Shown here: piece by piece, positions 1-8,814 of the stretch
Layout: the number at the start of each line of letters is the position of its first letter
How positions within the stretch are numbered: the first letter of the stretch is position 1
Notes under the pieces: generated by a model
What the model was told of the DNA's origin: nothing
Seen by the model: the letters and a program-made list of their open reading frames with translations, nothing else
The model's database searches: none
Position numbers and translations under genes: made by a program
Origin: an uncultured delta proteobacterium
GTDB taxonomy: Bacteria > Myxococcota > Myxococcia > Myxococcales > Anaeromyxobacteraceae
NCBI GenBank assembly: GCA_963845515.1
Contig: CAWJSR010000049.1
Location: 76,722 to 140,721 of the forward strand
Direction: 5' to 3'
DNA: 64,000 bases

Positions 1-2
1 AC

Positions 3-1016
3 CGGACCGTCCACCAGCTCGTGTCCACGGTGGAGGCGCGGCTCGCGCCCGGCACCGGGCTGGCGCCGCTCCTCGGGGCGCTCTTCCCGTGCGGGTCGGT
101 CACCGGCGCCCCGAAGGTGTGCGCGACCGCCATCATCGCCGCGCTGGAGCGCAGCCCGCGCGGCGCCTACTGCGGGGCGATGGGCGTCGTCCTCCCGGGA
201 GGAGACTCCTCCTTCAGCGTGGCCATCCGCACCGTCGAGATCGAGCTCACCACGGGCGAGGCAGCCTGCGGCGTGGGCGGGGGGATCACCTGGGGCTCCG
301 ACGCCGGCGAGGAGTGGCGGGAGGCGCTCGCCAAGGCGGCCTTCCTCGAGGAGGAGGACGTAGGGCTCGTCGAGACGCTGCGGCTGGAGCGCGGCGTGTA
401 CCCGCTGCTGGAGCGCCACCTCGCGCGGCTCGCTGAGTCTGCGCGTCACCTGGGGCTGGCCGTGGACCCCGCGGAGGCGCGCCGGGCGCTGCTGCGCCAC
501 GCCGAGGAGGCCGGGGCCGAGCCGCAGCGGGTGCGGCTCGTGGCGCGCGCCGGGTCGCTGGACGTCGCCGGAGAGCCGATGCCGGTGGCCGCAGCGTATC
601 CGCTCACCGTGGCGCTGGCACGCCGCCCCGTGTCGCGCATGGACCTGCGCCTGTTCCACAAGACGACGCAGCGCGAGCCCTACGACCTGCGCCGGGCCGA
701 GGTGCCGGGCGTCTTCGACGTCATCCTGTGGAACGAAGAGGGCGAGCTGACGGAGCTCACCATCGGAAACCTGGTCGCCGAGATCGACGGCGCCCGGCTC
801 ACCCCGCCGCGCGGGTGCGGCCTGCTGGCGGGGGTGATGCGCGCGGAGCTGCTGGGCAGGGGAGAGGTGAAGGAGGCGACCCTGCGCGTCGAGGACCTCG
901 CGCGGGCGACGCGGCTCTGGCTCGTCAACGCCGTGCGCGGGTGGGTGCCGGTGCGCCTCGCAGGGGGCAGCGGCCAGCGCGGGCTAACTCGCGGACCTGG
1001 CCGTCGATGCCGATGA
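3..1016 (+). CDS. pabB: Aminodeoxychorismate synthase component I fused to class IV aminotransferase/ADC lyase (PabB-PabC fusion), 5'-truncated by the window edge
   Basis: Frame is open from the edge (RTVHQLVSTV). Chorismate-binding motifs LFPCGSVTGAPK, RGAYCG, VAIRT, GVGGGI are followed by class IV motifs HLARL, HKTT, GLLAGVMR, NAVRG. Confidence 0.85.
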   Translation, partial: RTVHQLVSTVEARLAPGTGLAPLLGALFPCGSVTGAPKVCATAIIAALERSPRGAYCGAMGVVLPGGDSSFSVAIRTVEIELTTGEAACGVGGGITWGSDAGEEWREALAKAAFLEEEDVGLVETLRLERGVYPLLERHLARLAESARHLGLAVDPAEARRALLRHAEEAGAEPQRVRLVARAGSLDVAGEPMPVAAAYPLTVALARRPVSRMDLRLFHKTTQREPYDLRRAEVPGVFDVILWNEEGELTELTIGNLVAEIDGARLTPPRGCGLLAGVMRAELLGRGEVKEATLRVEDLARATRLWLVNAVRGWVPVRLAGGSGQRGLTRGPGRRCR

Positions 1017-1770
1017 TCACGTCGCGGAACGGAACGTCCCGGCCTGACGCCGTGACGGCCTCTCGCGCGAGCCGCGCGAGGCCGCCGCAGCAGGGGACCT
1101 CCATCCGCACGACGGTGACGCTCTTCACGCCGCCGAGCGCGACGATGCCTGCGAGCTTCTCGGCGTAGGGCCCGACGTCATCGAGCTTGGGACAGGCGAT
1201 CACCAGCGCGCGACCGTCGAGGAAGTCGTCGTGGAAGCGGGCGAAGGCGCACGGGACGCAGTCGGCCGCCACCAGCAGGTCGGCGCCCTGGAACCACGGC
1301 GCGCGGACCGAGACCAGGTGGAGCTGGACGGGCCACTGACCGAGCTTGCTCTGGCCCGAGGACGGTCCGCCGCTGGCCCCACCTGGCGACGGGGCTCGCG
1401 GCAGCGCGACCGGCCGGGAGCCCGGGCAGCCGCCGCCTGCCGCAGCGCCCTGCCCGCCGGTCAGCACCGAGAGGCGCGGCCGTGCCTGCGCGGCCGGTGC
1501 CGCCTCTGCCGGCGTGCGCGGGCGCAGCGCGCCGCTCACCAGGTGGCCTTGACGGCCCCTTCGTCGAAGGGGGCCGCCTCGCGCTCGACCACCGCGATCG
1601 CGCCCCGTGGGCACTCGCCGAGGCAGGCGCCCAGCCCGTCGCAGAGCACGTCGCCGACCAGCCTGCGCCTTCCCGTCGACGATGGCGATCGCCCCCTCTG
1701 CGCAGGAGGGGACACACTGCCCGCAACCATCGCACTTCGCCTCGTCTATCTGGACGATCTTTCGGAGCAT
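925..1770 (-). CDS. 4Fe-4S ferredoxin-domain protein; two compensating frameshifts (~1665, ~1545)
   Basis: [11 protein letters not shown], then the second cluster motif [12 protein letters not shown] in the alternative frame (1536..1730). C-terminal GCPGS, QWPVQL, AADC, CPKLD, MEVPCC. Confidence 0.85.
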   Translation of the reverse strand: MLRKIVQIDEAKCDGCGQCVPSCAEGAIAIVDGKAQAGRRRALRRAGRLPRRVPTGRDRGGRARGGPLRRRGRQGHLVSGALRPRTPAEAAPAAQARPRLSVLTGGQGAAAGGGCPGSRPVALPRAPSPGGASGGPSSGQSKLGQWPVQLHLVSVRAPWFQGADLLVAADCVPCAFARFHDDFLDGRALVIACPKLDDVGPYAEKLAGIVALGGVKSVTVVRMEVPCCGGLARLAREAVTASGRDVPFRDVIIGIDGQVRELARAGRCPLRGAPAPTRARR

Positions 1771-1914
1771 GAACGAGAATGCATAGCGGGGCGCGCGCCC
1801 CGGATCGAGCCAATCTGCGAGGAAGCGTCCGCTTGCCGCCTCACGCGGACCCCGATCGGTCGTTTAGCCGTGCTATTCCACTGGCGGTCGGTCCGAAGCC
1901 CGGAGGAACCAGAG

Positions 1915-3460
1915 ATGAGAGTCGCCACCCTCGCAGCCGCATCGCTCCTCGCCGCCTGTGCGGGGCCAGGGGGGCCGGCGTCGACGCTCAAGTCCGAGGT
2001 GGACCCCGCCGAGCTGGCAGCCCGCTGCGGGCGCGGGTACTCGACCGCCTGCCGCGAGCTCGGCCGCGCGCACTTCCTCGGCACCGGCGTCGAGCGGGAC
2101 GATCGGCTGGGCGCGGCGCTCCTGACCAAGGCCTGCGAGATCGGCGACCCGGGCGGCTGCGGCGAGCTGGCGGTCCTCTACGCCGTCGGGCGCGGACTGC
2201 GCCAGAGCGACGAGCGGTCGACCGCCCTCTCGCGCCGCGCGTGCGATCAGGGCTTCGCGCTCGCCTGCTCCAACCTCGGGGCGCTCATCGCCGAGGGGGC
2301 GGCCGACGCGAACCTGCGTCCAGACGAGGAGGCCGCTGGGCCCGGGAGCCGGATCATGAGGTCCTTCAAGACCGCCTGCGACTCCGGCGCGGCCGAAGGG
2401 TGCCTCAACCTCGGCGCGGAGTACGACAGCGGCAAGCACGCAGAGCGCGATCTCGCCGCGGCCGCCCGGCATTACCGCCGCGCCTGCGACCTGGGCCAGC
2501 CCGTCGCCTGCTACCGGCTCTCGCTCCTCGTCGAGGAGAAGCCGGCGCTCATGCCCGACCTGGCGGCGGCGATCCTCGCCCGGCGCGCCTGCAGCGGCGG
2601 GGTGCGCCCCGCCTGCGACACGGCCGGCGAGTCGGCCCCCGCGGGCGCCCCCGCGCCGGCCGACAGGCTGGTCGTCGTCCGCGAGAGCTTCGCGCTCGGG
2701 CTTCCCGGGCTCGGGCGGCTTCCACCCCTCGGAGCTCTCCGCGCGGTCGCGCGGCCGCCCCACGTTCGTCGCTCGACACGGCCTCGCGCCCGACCGCGTC
2801 GGTGAAGATGGCGACGCCACCCGGCGTGCGCACGCGGCTTGGCTTCGACGTCGAGCCTCGCGCGGCCGACGAGGCCGATCCGGCGGTGGAGCTCCTGCTC
2901 GCCCTGCGGCGGCAGCAGCTGGGCCAGTGCTACGAGCAGGCGCGCACCGACGCAGGCGTCCGGACGGAGCTCTTCGTCGCGTTCACCATCGACGCCGACG
3001 GGAAGCCGGCGCGGAGCCGCGCCGCGGCCGAGCCGACCGATCCGCTGCTGGAGGCCTGCGGGATCGACCTCGTCGCGAGCTGGGAGTTCCCGGTGCCGAA
3101 GGAGGGCGTGTCGGGCCCGTTCCTCGTCCGGTACGCCTTCGAGCCGGCGCCGCCGGGCCCCCGCCCGCGTTCGCCGGGCGAGGCTTCCTCCGTCCCGCCG
3201 CGCGCGCCGCCGGCTGCGTCGAGTCGAAGCTCCAGGTGCCGCTCGACTACCGCGGCACCGTCGGCGCACTGACCGTGAAGTTCGCCGTCGACGGGTCCGG
3301 CGCGCCGGTGCTCTATCACCCGCTCACGCCGGCGCCCGACTCGATCGTCGCCGCCGTCGGGGAGGCGATCCGGCGCTGCGAGTGGTCGCCCGGCGCCGAC
3401 GCGAACGGCCGGAGCGTCCCGCTCTGGCTGACCCTCGCCGTCAGGCTGGAGGGGAAGTAG
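1915..3460 (+). CDS. Lipoprotein with Sel1-like repeats and two TonB-C/AgmX-like C-terminal domains (frameshifts ~2710-2780 and ~3170)
   Basis: Lipobox LLAAC. Repeats ACxxG...C..LG/A..Y. Downstream frames encode FTIDADG...LEAC...WEFP and VKFAVDGSG...EWSPG. Confidence 0.7.
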
Positions 3461-3542
3461 CGAACTCCGGCCGAAAACTGGAGGGGCCCCGTGTCCCGCG
3501 TTAGGAATCGACCGATATCGATCGGTTCCCGGAGGCGCGGGC

Positions 3543-4553
3543 GTGGGTGCGACGGCAGTCGTCCAGCAGGTCACCTGGGAAGAGGCGCTCCGCGCCGGGC
3601 GAGTCTTGTTCGGCACGAGCGCGGATGCGCTCCTGGCGGGCGCCGGCTGGCGTGACGAGCTGAAGCGCGCCTACAAGCGGCGCGTCCTGGAGACCCACCC
3701 CGACCGCGCGCAGACGCTGGGCAGGGCGGAGACGGAGCTGGCGCGCGAGTTCCAGGCCGTGGCAGACGCCTACCGGCTGCTCCAGGAAGCCCCCGACGGC
3801 AGCGGCTGGGTGCGCGCCCGGCAGCCGCCTCCGGCAGCCTGGCGCCCGGCGCCGAAGGGCGGCGCCGCCGCCGAGGCGGCCCGGGCGGCGCGCCGCGAGG
3901 CCGAGGCACGGCGCGCCGAGCGCGCGCGGCAGGCCGAGCAGGCGGCGAAGCGCCGCGAGGAGGAGCAGCGGGCTCGCTCCGGTCGTCGCGCCGAGCAGGC
4001 GCGGCGCGACGAGGAGGAGGCCCGGCTGGCCGAGGCCGTGCGAAGCGCGGCGCAAGCGAGGCGCGCGGAGGAGGGCGCGCGGGCGGCCCGCGAGGCGCGC
4101 GCGCGGCGCCCGCGGACCGCTGAGCCGGCGCCCGACTGGCGCCACGTCACGAAGGCGCGCCCGCTCCCTCGACGGCGGGTGCGCCTCGCCGAGTTCCTCT
4201 ACTACAGCGGCCGGATCTCCTGGGCGGTGATGGTCGAGGCCATCACCTGGCAGCGGCTCCAGCGTCCCGCCGTCGGGCGCATCGCCGTCGACTTCGGCTT
4301 CCTGACGCCGCTCGAGGTGGCCAAGGTCATCGAGCGCCGCTGGCGCGCCGGCGCGGCCGGCGTCCCCTTCGGCGAGTACGCGCTGCGCATCGGCGCGATC
4401 ACGCCGTTCGAGCGGCTCGCGATGATCGGGCGCCAGACTCGGCTGCAGCGCCCCATCGGCCAGTTCTTCGTGGAGCGCGGCCTGATCGGGGAAGAGGAGT
4501 TCGAGGACCTGCGGCGCCAGATCGTGCGCCACAACCTGCGCCACTACGTGTGA
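3543..4553 (+). CDS. J-domain (DnaJ-like) protein with coiled-coil linker and C-terminal MshEN-like repeats
   Basis: LKRAYKRRVLETHPDR (HPD motif) and FQAVADAY, an R/E/A-rich helix, and four repeats resembling RLGxxLxxxGxI. Confidence 0.8.
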   Translation: MGATAVVQQVTWEEALRAGRVLFGTSADALLAGAGWRDELKRAYKRRVLETHPDRAQTLGRAETELAREFQAVADAYRLLQEAPDGSGWVRARQPPPAAWRPAPKGGAAAEAARAARREAEARRAERARQAEQAAKRREEEQRARSGRRAEQARRDEEEARLAEAVRSAAQARRAEEGARAAREARARRPRTAEPAPDWRHVTKARPLPRRRVRLAEFLYYSGRISWAVMVEAITWQRLQRPAVGRIAVDFGFLTPLEVAKVIERRWRAGAAGVPFGEYALRIGAITPFERLAMIGRQTRLQRPIGQFFVERGLIGEEEFEDLRRQIVRHNLRHYV

Positions 4554-4719
4554 TCCGTCCCCCGGATGGCCCGCGCCGCGGCTGGGGCAGGGTGGCCTTC
4601 TCGGTGGCGCCCCTTCTGGTGCGTGAAGCGCCTACCCCTCCCGCATAAGCAGTCATTTGAATGGGCATTTGCGGGAGCAGACCCGATTAGGTATTCAGGA
4701 AGTCTGCGAGGGTGGGCAA

Positions 4720-4998
4720 ATGAACCAGCGCTGGATCCAGAACAGCAGGAACGGTGTCGCCCGCATCGAGCCGCGCCTGGCGAGGTTCGACGCATTCGAT
4801 CGCTTCCTGTTCGTCACCCCCGTGATGTTCACGTCGTTCGCCTTCTTCCTGGCGGGATCGATGCCGGTCGAGGTGCTGATCGGCGTCGTCTCGAGCTGCG
4901 TCATCGGTGACGCCCTGATCGCGCTCAAGTACGCCCTCCGCGTGCAGCCGCACCCTCCCGCGAAGGTCACCGACCTCGCGGCGCTGCGGTTCCGCTAG
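4720..4998 (+). CDS. Small two-TM membrane protein, unknown function
   Basis: ATG after GAGGGT, GC3-biased codons, two hydrophobic segments. Confidence 0.6.
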   Translation: MNQRWIQNSRNGVARIEPRLARFDAFDRFLFVTPVMFTSFAFFLAGSMPVEVLIGVVSSCVIGDALIALKYALRVQPHPPAKVTDLAALRFR

Positions 4999-5752
4999 CC
5001 TCTCGGGAGGCTCGCCGCGCGGCCGGTCGACGAACGGGCCGGCTGCGCCGCCCCTCGAGCCAGCGCCAGGCGGCCCACGCCGGCGCGCCCAGCCAGAGCA
5101 GCCAGCCTGCCGTTGCGATCGCCCCGCCGATCCCGCGGCAGCTGTCGCGCAGTCCCAGCATCCCGAGCATGTTCCACCAGTCGTGTGAGTCCTCGTCCGG
5201 CGCAAGCAGCGGGAGCACGCGCGCCGAGGCGTCGGCCGCGTAGGCGCCGATGTTCACCAGGTTGAAGCCGATCCAGAGGATCGCCACCGCGAAGGGGGCC
5301 GCCCGGCGTGCTCGCGCGAAGGCGAGCGCCGCGGCCACCGGGAAGGCGAGCTGACCGAGCGTTCCTCCGAGGAACATCAGGAAGCGCGAGCCGAAGAGGC
5401 CGAAGATGGGGTGGCCCGCCTCGTGGAAGACGAGATCCGCACCCGAGACCACCGCGGCGAGGAAGCCGCGCGTCGCCTGAGACCACGCGAGGACGCCGGC
5501 GAAGATGGCCAGGGCCGCCACCTCCCAGCCCTCGGCCGCCGGGAAGATCCTGGACTCGCCCGGCGCCGGCGAAGGGGTCGGCGGCTCGCCGTCCGGCGCG
5601 CGCTCCAGGGCGACGAGCAGCCCGTCGGCCACGAGGTCGGTGCCGCAGCGCGGGCAGTGGTGGGGCAGCTGGGCCGGCGCGTGCTCCGCAGCCAGCTCGC
5701 GCGCGAGCCCACACGCCGGGCACGAGATTGAGACCGGCGCGCAGTCGTCCAT
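4967..5752 (-). CDS. Zinc-ribbon membrane protein with HExxH motif (M50B-like peptidase candidate)
   Basis: CPAC...CPRC. FHEAGH, LGGTLGQL and HDW motifs. Multiple TM helices. Confidence 0.7.
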   Translation of the reverse strand: MDDCAPVSISCPACGLARELAAEHAPAQLPHHCPRCGTDLVADGLLVALERAPDGEPPTPSPAPGESRIFPAAEGWEVAALAIFAGVLAWSQATRGFLAAVVSGADLVFHEAGHPIFGLFGSRFLMFLGGTLGQLAFPVAAALAFARARRAAPFAVAILWIGFNLVNIGAYAADASARVLPLLAPDEDSHDWWNMLGMLGLRDSCRGIGGAIATAGWLLWLGAPAWAAWRWLEGRRSRPVRRPAARRASREASGTAAPRGR

Positions 5753-5756
5753 CAGG

Positions 5757-7016
5757 TCACGGCCGGATCGTCCGAGGGATCGTCAGCTCGAAGGTCGTGC
5801 CGGCCTCCCGGGTCGACGTGAAGCCGATCCTGCCGCGGAGGACCTTCTCGCCGAAGTGCTTCACGACGAAGGTTCCCTGGCCGCGCCCCTCGTTCCCCTT
5901 CGTGGAGAAGTACCGCTGGAAGATGCGCGGGGCGATCCCCGCCGGGATGACGCCCGCGTTCCAGACACGGAACGAGATCTCCCGCAGCCCCGCCACCACC
6001 GAGAGCTCGACCTCGGCGCCCTCCGAGGAGGCCTCGAACGCGTTGACGAGCATGTTGGTCACGACGCGCTGAAGCAGGAACGGGTCGGTCTCGACCACGA
6101 CGCCGCCGGCGTTTCCCGTGACCCGCAGCCGCTTCCGCCTCGCCACCGGGTGGTGGTGGAAGAGGCTGCCCAGCCCCTCGAGGATTCCCTCGAGCGGCAC
6201 CCGGGCGATCGCCGGGTCGTAGCCGGAGGGGCGCGCAGCCATGAGGGCGCGCTGCAGCTTCAGCTCCTGGACGATGTGGGTGGCGACCTCCCGGGCGTCG
6301 GCCGCGGCGACCGTGATCTCGGCGGGGCTGGCACCGTCCATCGCGTCGCAGGCGCCGACGACGCCGAGGAGCAGGTTCGAGAGATCGTGGAAGAAGGCCC
6401 GCTCTAGCGCGGTCCGCCTCCGCTCGACCGAGACGTCGGCGAGCGACAGCAGGATGAACCGCTCCGGGGGGACCTCCAGCGCCTGGGCACGCACGCGGAA
6501 CTCCGAGTCGATCAGCTCGCCATCCCGGTTCACGGTGAACGCGCAGTCGCGCTCCTCCGGCCCGCCCTTCTCCATGGCCGAGAGGATGGAGACGGCCGCG
6601 CCGCACGTCCTGCACGCCGGGCCGGTGCCGCAGCCGCCGGGAAGGTGCTCCTTCGCATGGACGCAGCGGACCGCCTCGCCCGGGCGGAGGCCGAGGATCG
6701 CCCCGGGCTCCTCGACGCCCAGGAGCGCCAGGTAGGTCGCGTTGAGCGCCACCACCTGCCGGCGCGAGTTCAGCACGGCGATCGCCCCCGTCCAGGTCTT
6801 CAGGATCGCGTCGACGAGCGGGCTGGACGACGCCAGGGCGATCTGCGACGCGAGCTGGTCGCTGGACGCCCGCTCGGGCTCCAGGAACCAGGTGCGCTTC
6901 GGCTCGGGGAGGGCATCCAGCTCCTGCTCCAGCGCCCGGATCCGCTCGGCAAGGCTGTCGTCCGTCACCGTGGCTACCCCCGCGACCCGCTGTCCCCCGC
7001 GTCGGCGGGAGCGCAC
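5757..7016 (-). CDS. Cytoplasmic sensor histidine kinase with Cys-rich PAS-like input (start uncertain)
   Basis: H-box FFHDLSN, N-box NMLVNAFEA, G-boxes FSTKG..GRGQG. Input motif RPGEAVRC-x10-CG-x4-C-x2-C. Confidence 0.85.
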   Translation of the reverse strand: MRSRRRGGQRVAGVATVTDDSLAERIRALEQELDALPEPKRTWFLEPERASSDQLASQIALASSSPLVDAILKTWTGAIAVLNSRRQVVALNATYLALLGVEEPGAILGLRPGEAVRCVHAKEHLPGGCGTGPACRTCGAAVSILSAMEKGGPEERDCAFTVNRDGELIDSEFRVRAQALEVPPERFILLSLADVSVERRRTALERAFFHDLSNLLLGVVGACDAMDGASPAEITVAAADAREVATHIVQELKLQRALMAARPSGYDPAIARVPLEGILEGLGSLFHHHPVARRKRLRVTGNAGGVVVETDPFLLQRVVTNMLVNAFEASSEGAEVELSVVAGLREISFRVWNAGVIPAGIAPRIFQRYFSTKGNEGRGQGTFVVKHFGEKVLRGRIGFTSTREAGTTFELTIPRTIRP

Positions 7017-7055
7017 ACCTCCCATACTCTGGCGCATCGCCGCGCGCAGTGCACG

Positions 7056-8699
7056 CTACCCGTGCCCCTCGCCCGGCTCCGTGATCCAGCGCGCCGCGAT
7101 GAAGAGCGCGCCCATCGCCGCGTAGCCGGCTGCCCACGGCCAGGCAGGCCCCAGCCGGATCGCGGTGTCCCCGGCCGTGTACGTGTACGCGTGCATCAGC
7201 CCGGCCGCCGAGAGGCCAGCGCCCGCGAGCATCCACGCGCCTGCGCGTGCGAACCGCTTCTCGATGATGGCCACCGTCGCCGCCGCCAGGATCATCGACG
7301 TGAAGATGAAGCCCTGCTCCAGCGCGAAGGCCCCCTCGATCCAGGTGTCGCTCGCGGCGAACCTGGCGACGAGGTCTGGACCGAAGGGCGGCCCGCCCGG
7401 TCCCGCCGACTCCTGCCGCGCGCAGCCCGTTCTTCGCCATGAGCGCGCCCCAGGCGCCGATCGCCGGGAAGCAGGCCGACCACGACGGCCGGCGCGTGCT
7501 CGCGCGGCGTCGCCTGGAACGCCTGGGCGCTGATCACGATGCCGATCCAGAGGACGATCGCCATGCCGGCGTCGACGGGGACGGCCCAGGCGATGAGCGC
7601 GAGCGTCCCGGTGAGCGCGACGATCGTGACGAACGCGCCGTTGAGGATCGAGTAGCCGGCGCGCGCGCCGAGCGCCTTCCAGCCGGGGTGGCCGATGTAG
7701 ATGGTCGTCGGGAAGCAGGAGCCGAAGAGGGCCGCCGCGAGCGTCCCGACGCCGTTCACGAGCAGCGACGGGCGCGTCTCGTAGGGATCGCCCGCGGCCT
7801 CGGCCGACTCGATGTTCTGGAGCGAGCCGATGACGTTGAAGAGCCCCATCGGGAGGATGACCGAGAGGTAGGTCGCGAGGAGATCGCCGCGCAGCGACGC
7901 GAGGACCGCGCCGAGGGCGGGGACGGGCAGCGCGAGGCCGGTCCACTCCGGGCGCGGCCCGGCAGGCGCGATGCCCGGTGACCCACGCCAGCAGCGTCCC
8001 GAGCGCGACGGCGACGAGCCCGCCGGGGAGGCGCCCCCTGAACCGGACGCGGCCGAAGTAGGTGAGCATCACGACGCCCAGCGTCGCGAGGCCGACGACC
8101 GGGCGCGCGAAGGTCCGGAAGAGGAAGCCGAGCGAGATGAAGCCCAGGGCGATGCCGGCGAGCGTCGAGAGGAGCGCAGCGCGCGGCGTGGCCTTGCGGA
8201 CCCGCTCGGCCACGAAGGCTCCCGCGCTCTCGATGAGCCCCGAGCCGATGCAGGCGAGCAACCCCGCGTGCCACGCGACGGTCGCCGGGTCCGCGTGGCC
8301 GGCGGCCTGGGCGGCGAGCTTCGCCGGGAGCATCACGAGGAAGACGTGGGCGAAGAGCGAGACGGTGTTGATGCCGTACGGGAGCGCGCAGACGTCCGTC
8401 CTCCCGGTGCGCGCAGCGAGCCGCTTCGCCTGCCACGCGTAGAAGAGGTTGCCGACCAGGATCGACACGGCGGCGCCGGGCAGGACCCGGCCGTGGACGA
8501 GCGCCGCGGGGAAGCCGAGGACGAAGCGGCAGAGCGCGTCGATCAGCAGGAGCTGGACGAGGTTGTCGATGGCGAGCCCGAAGAAGCCGTCGACGTCGCC
8601 GCGGACGAGCCAGGGGAGCACCGCCCTCTCCCCCGCCCCCGCGGGGGAGAGGGAAGGGTGAGGGGGAGGCATGGCGGGTGACTTGGGTGCGCTCTCCAT
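7056..8699 (-). CDS. NCS2/AzgA-like nucleobase permease (frameshifts ~7970-7870 and ~7470-7420)
   Basis: [38 protein letters not shown], many TM helices. GGAG lies 7 nt before ATG 8699. Confidence 0.85.
   Translation of the reverse strand: MESAPKSPAMPPPHPSLSPAGAGERAVLPWLVRGDVDGFFGLAIDNLVQLLLIDALCRFVLGFPAALVHGRVLPGAAVSILVGNLFYAWQAKRLAARTGRTDVCALPYGINTVSLFAHVFLVMLPAKLAAQAAGHADPATVAWHAGLLACIGSGLIESAGAFVAERVRKATPRAALLSTLAGIALGFISLGFLFRTFARPVVGLATLGVVMLTYFGRVRFRGRLPGGLVAVALGTLLAWVTGHRACRAAPGVDRPRAARPRPRRGPRVAARRSPRDLPLGHPPDGALQRHRLAPEHRVGRGRGRSLRDAPVAARERRRDARGGPLRLLLPDDHLHRPPRLEGARRARRLLDPQRRVRHDRRAHRDARAHRLGRPRRRRHGDRPLDRHRDQRPGVPGDAARARAGRRGRPASRRSAPGARSWRRTGCARQESAGPGGPPFGPDLVARFAASDTWIEGAFALEQGFIFTSMILAAATVAIIEKRFARAGAWMLAGAGLSAAGLMHAYTYTAGDTAIRLGPAWPWAAGYAAMGALFIAARWITEPGEGHG
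8624..8666 (+). repeat. Palindromic REP/BoxC-like repeat copy A (inside the 5' coding region of the permease)
   Basis: CCCTCTCCCCCGC-cccc-GCGGGGGAGAGGG-aa-GGGTGAGGGGG. Confidence 0.85.
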
Positions 8700-8814
8700 G
8701 GAGGGTCTCCAGGCTGCGGCGGTGGGTCGCCCATCGTAGCGCGGCGCGGGGGCCGGCCGGGCCCGTTTCGGGGCCGCGCCTGGCGGCCTCACCTGCGGTT
8801 ACACTCCTCCCGCC

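Noticed and set aside
925..1016. 92-bp convergent overlap of pabB/C and the ferredoxin gene as antisense regulation
   Set aside because: Stops on both strands lie one base out of frame at 984-987, so the overlap may be an indel artefact.
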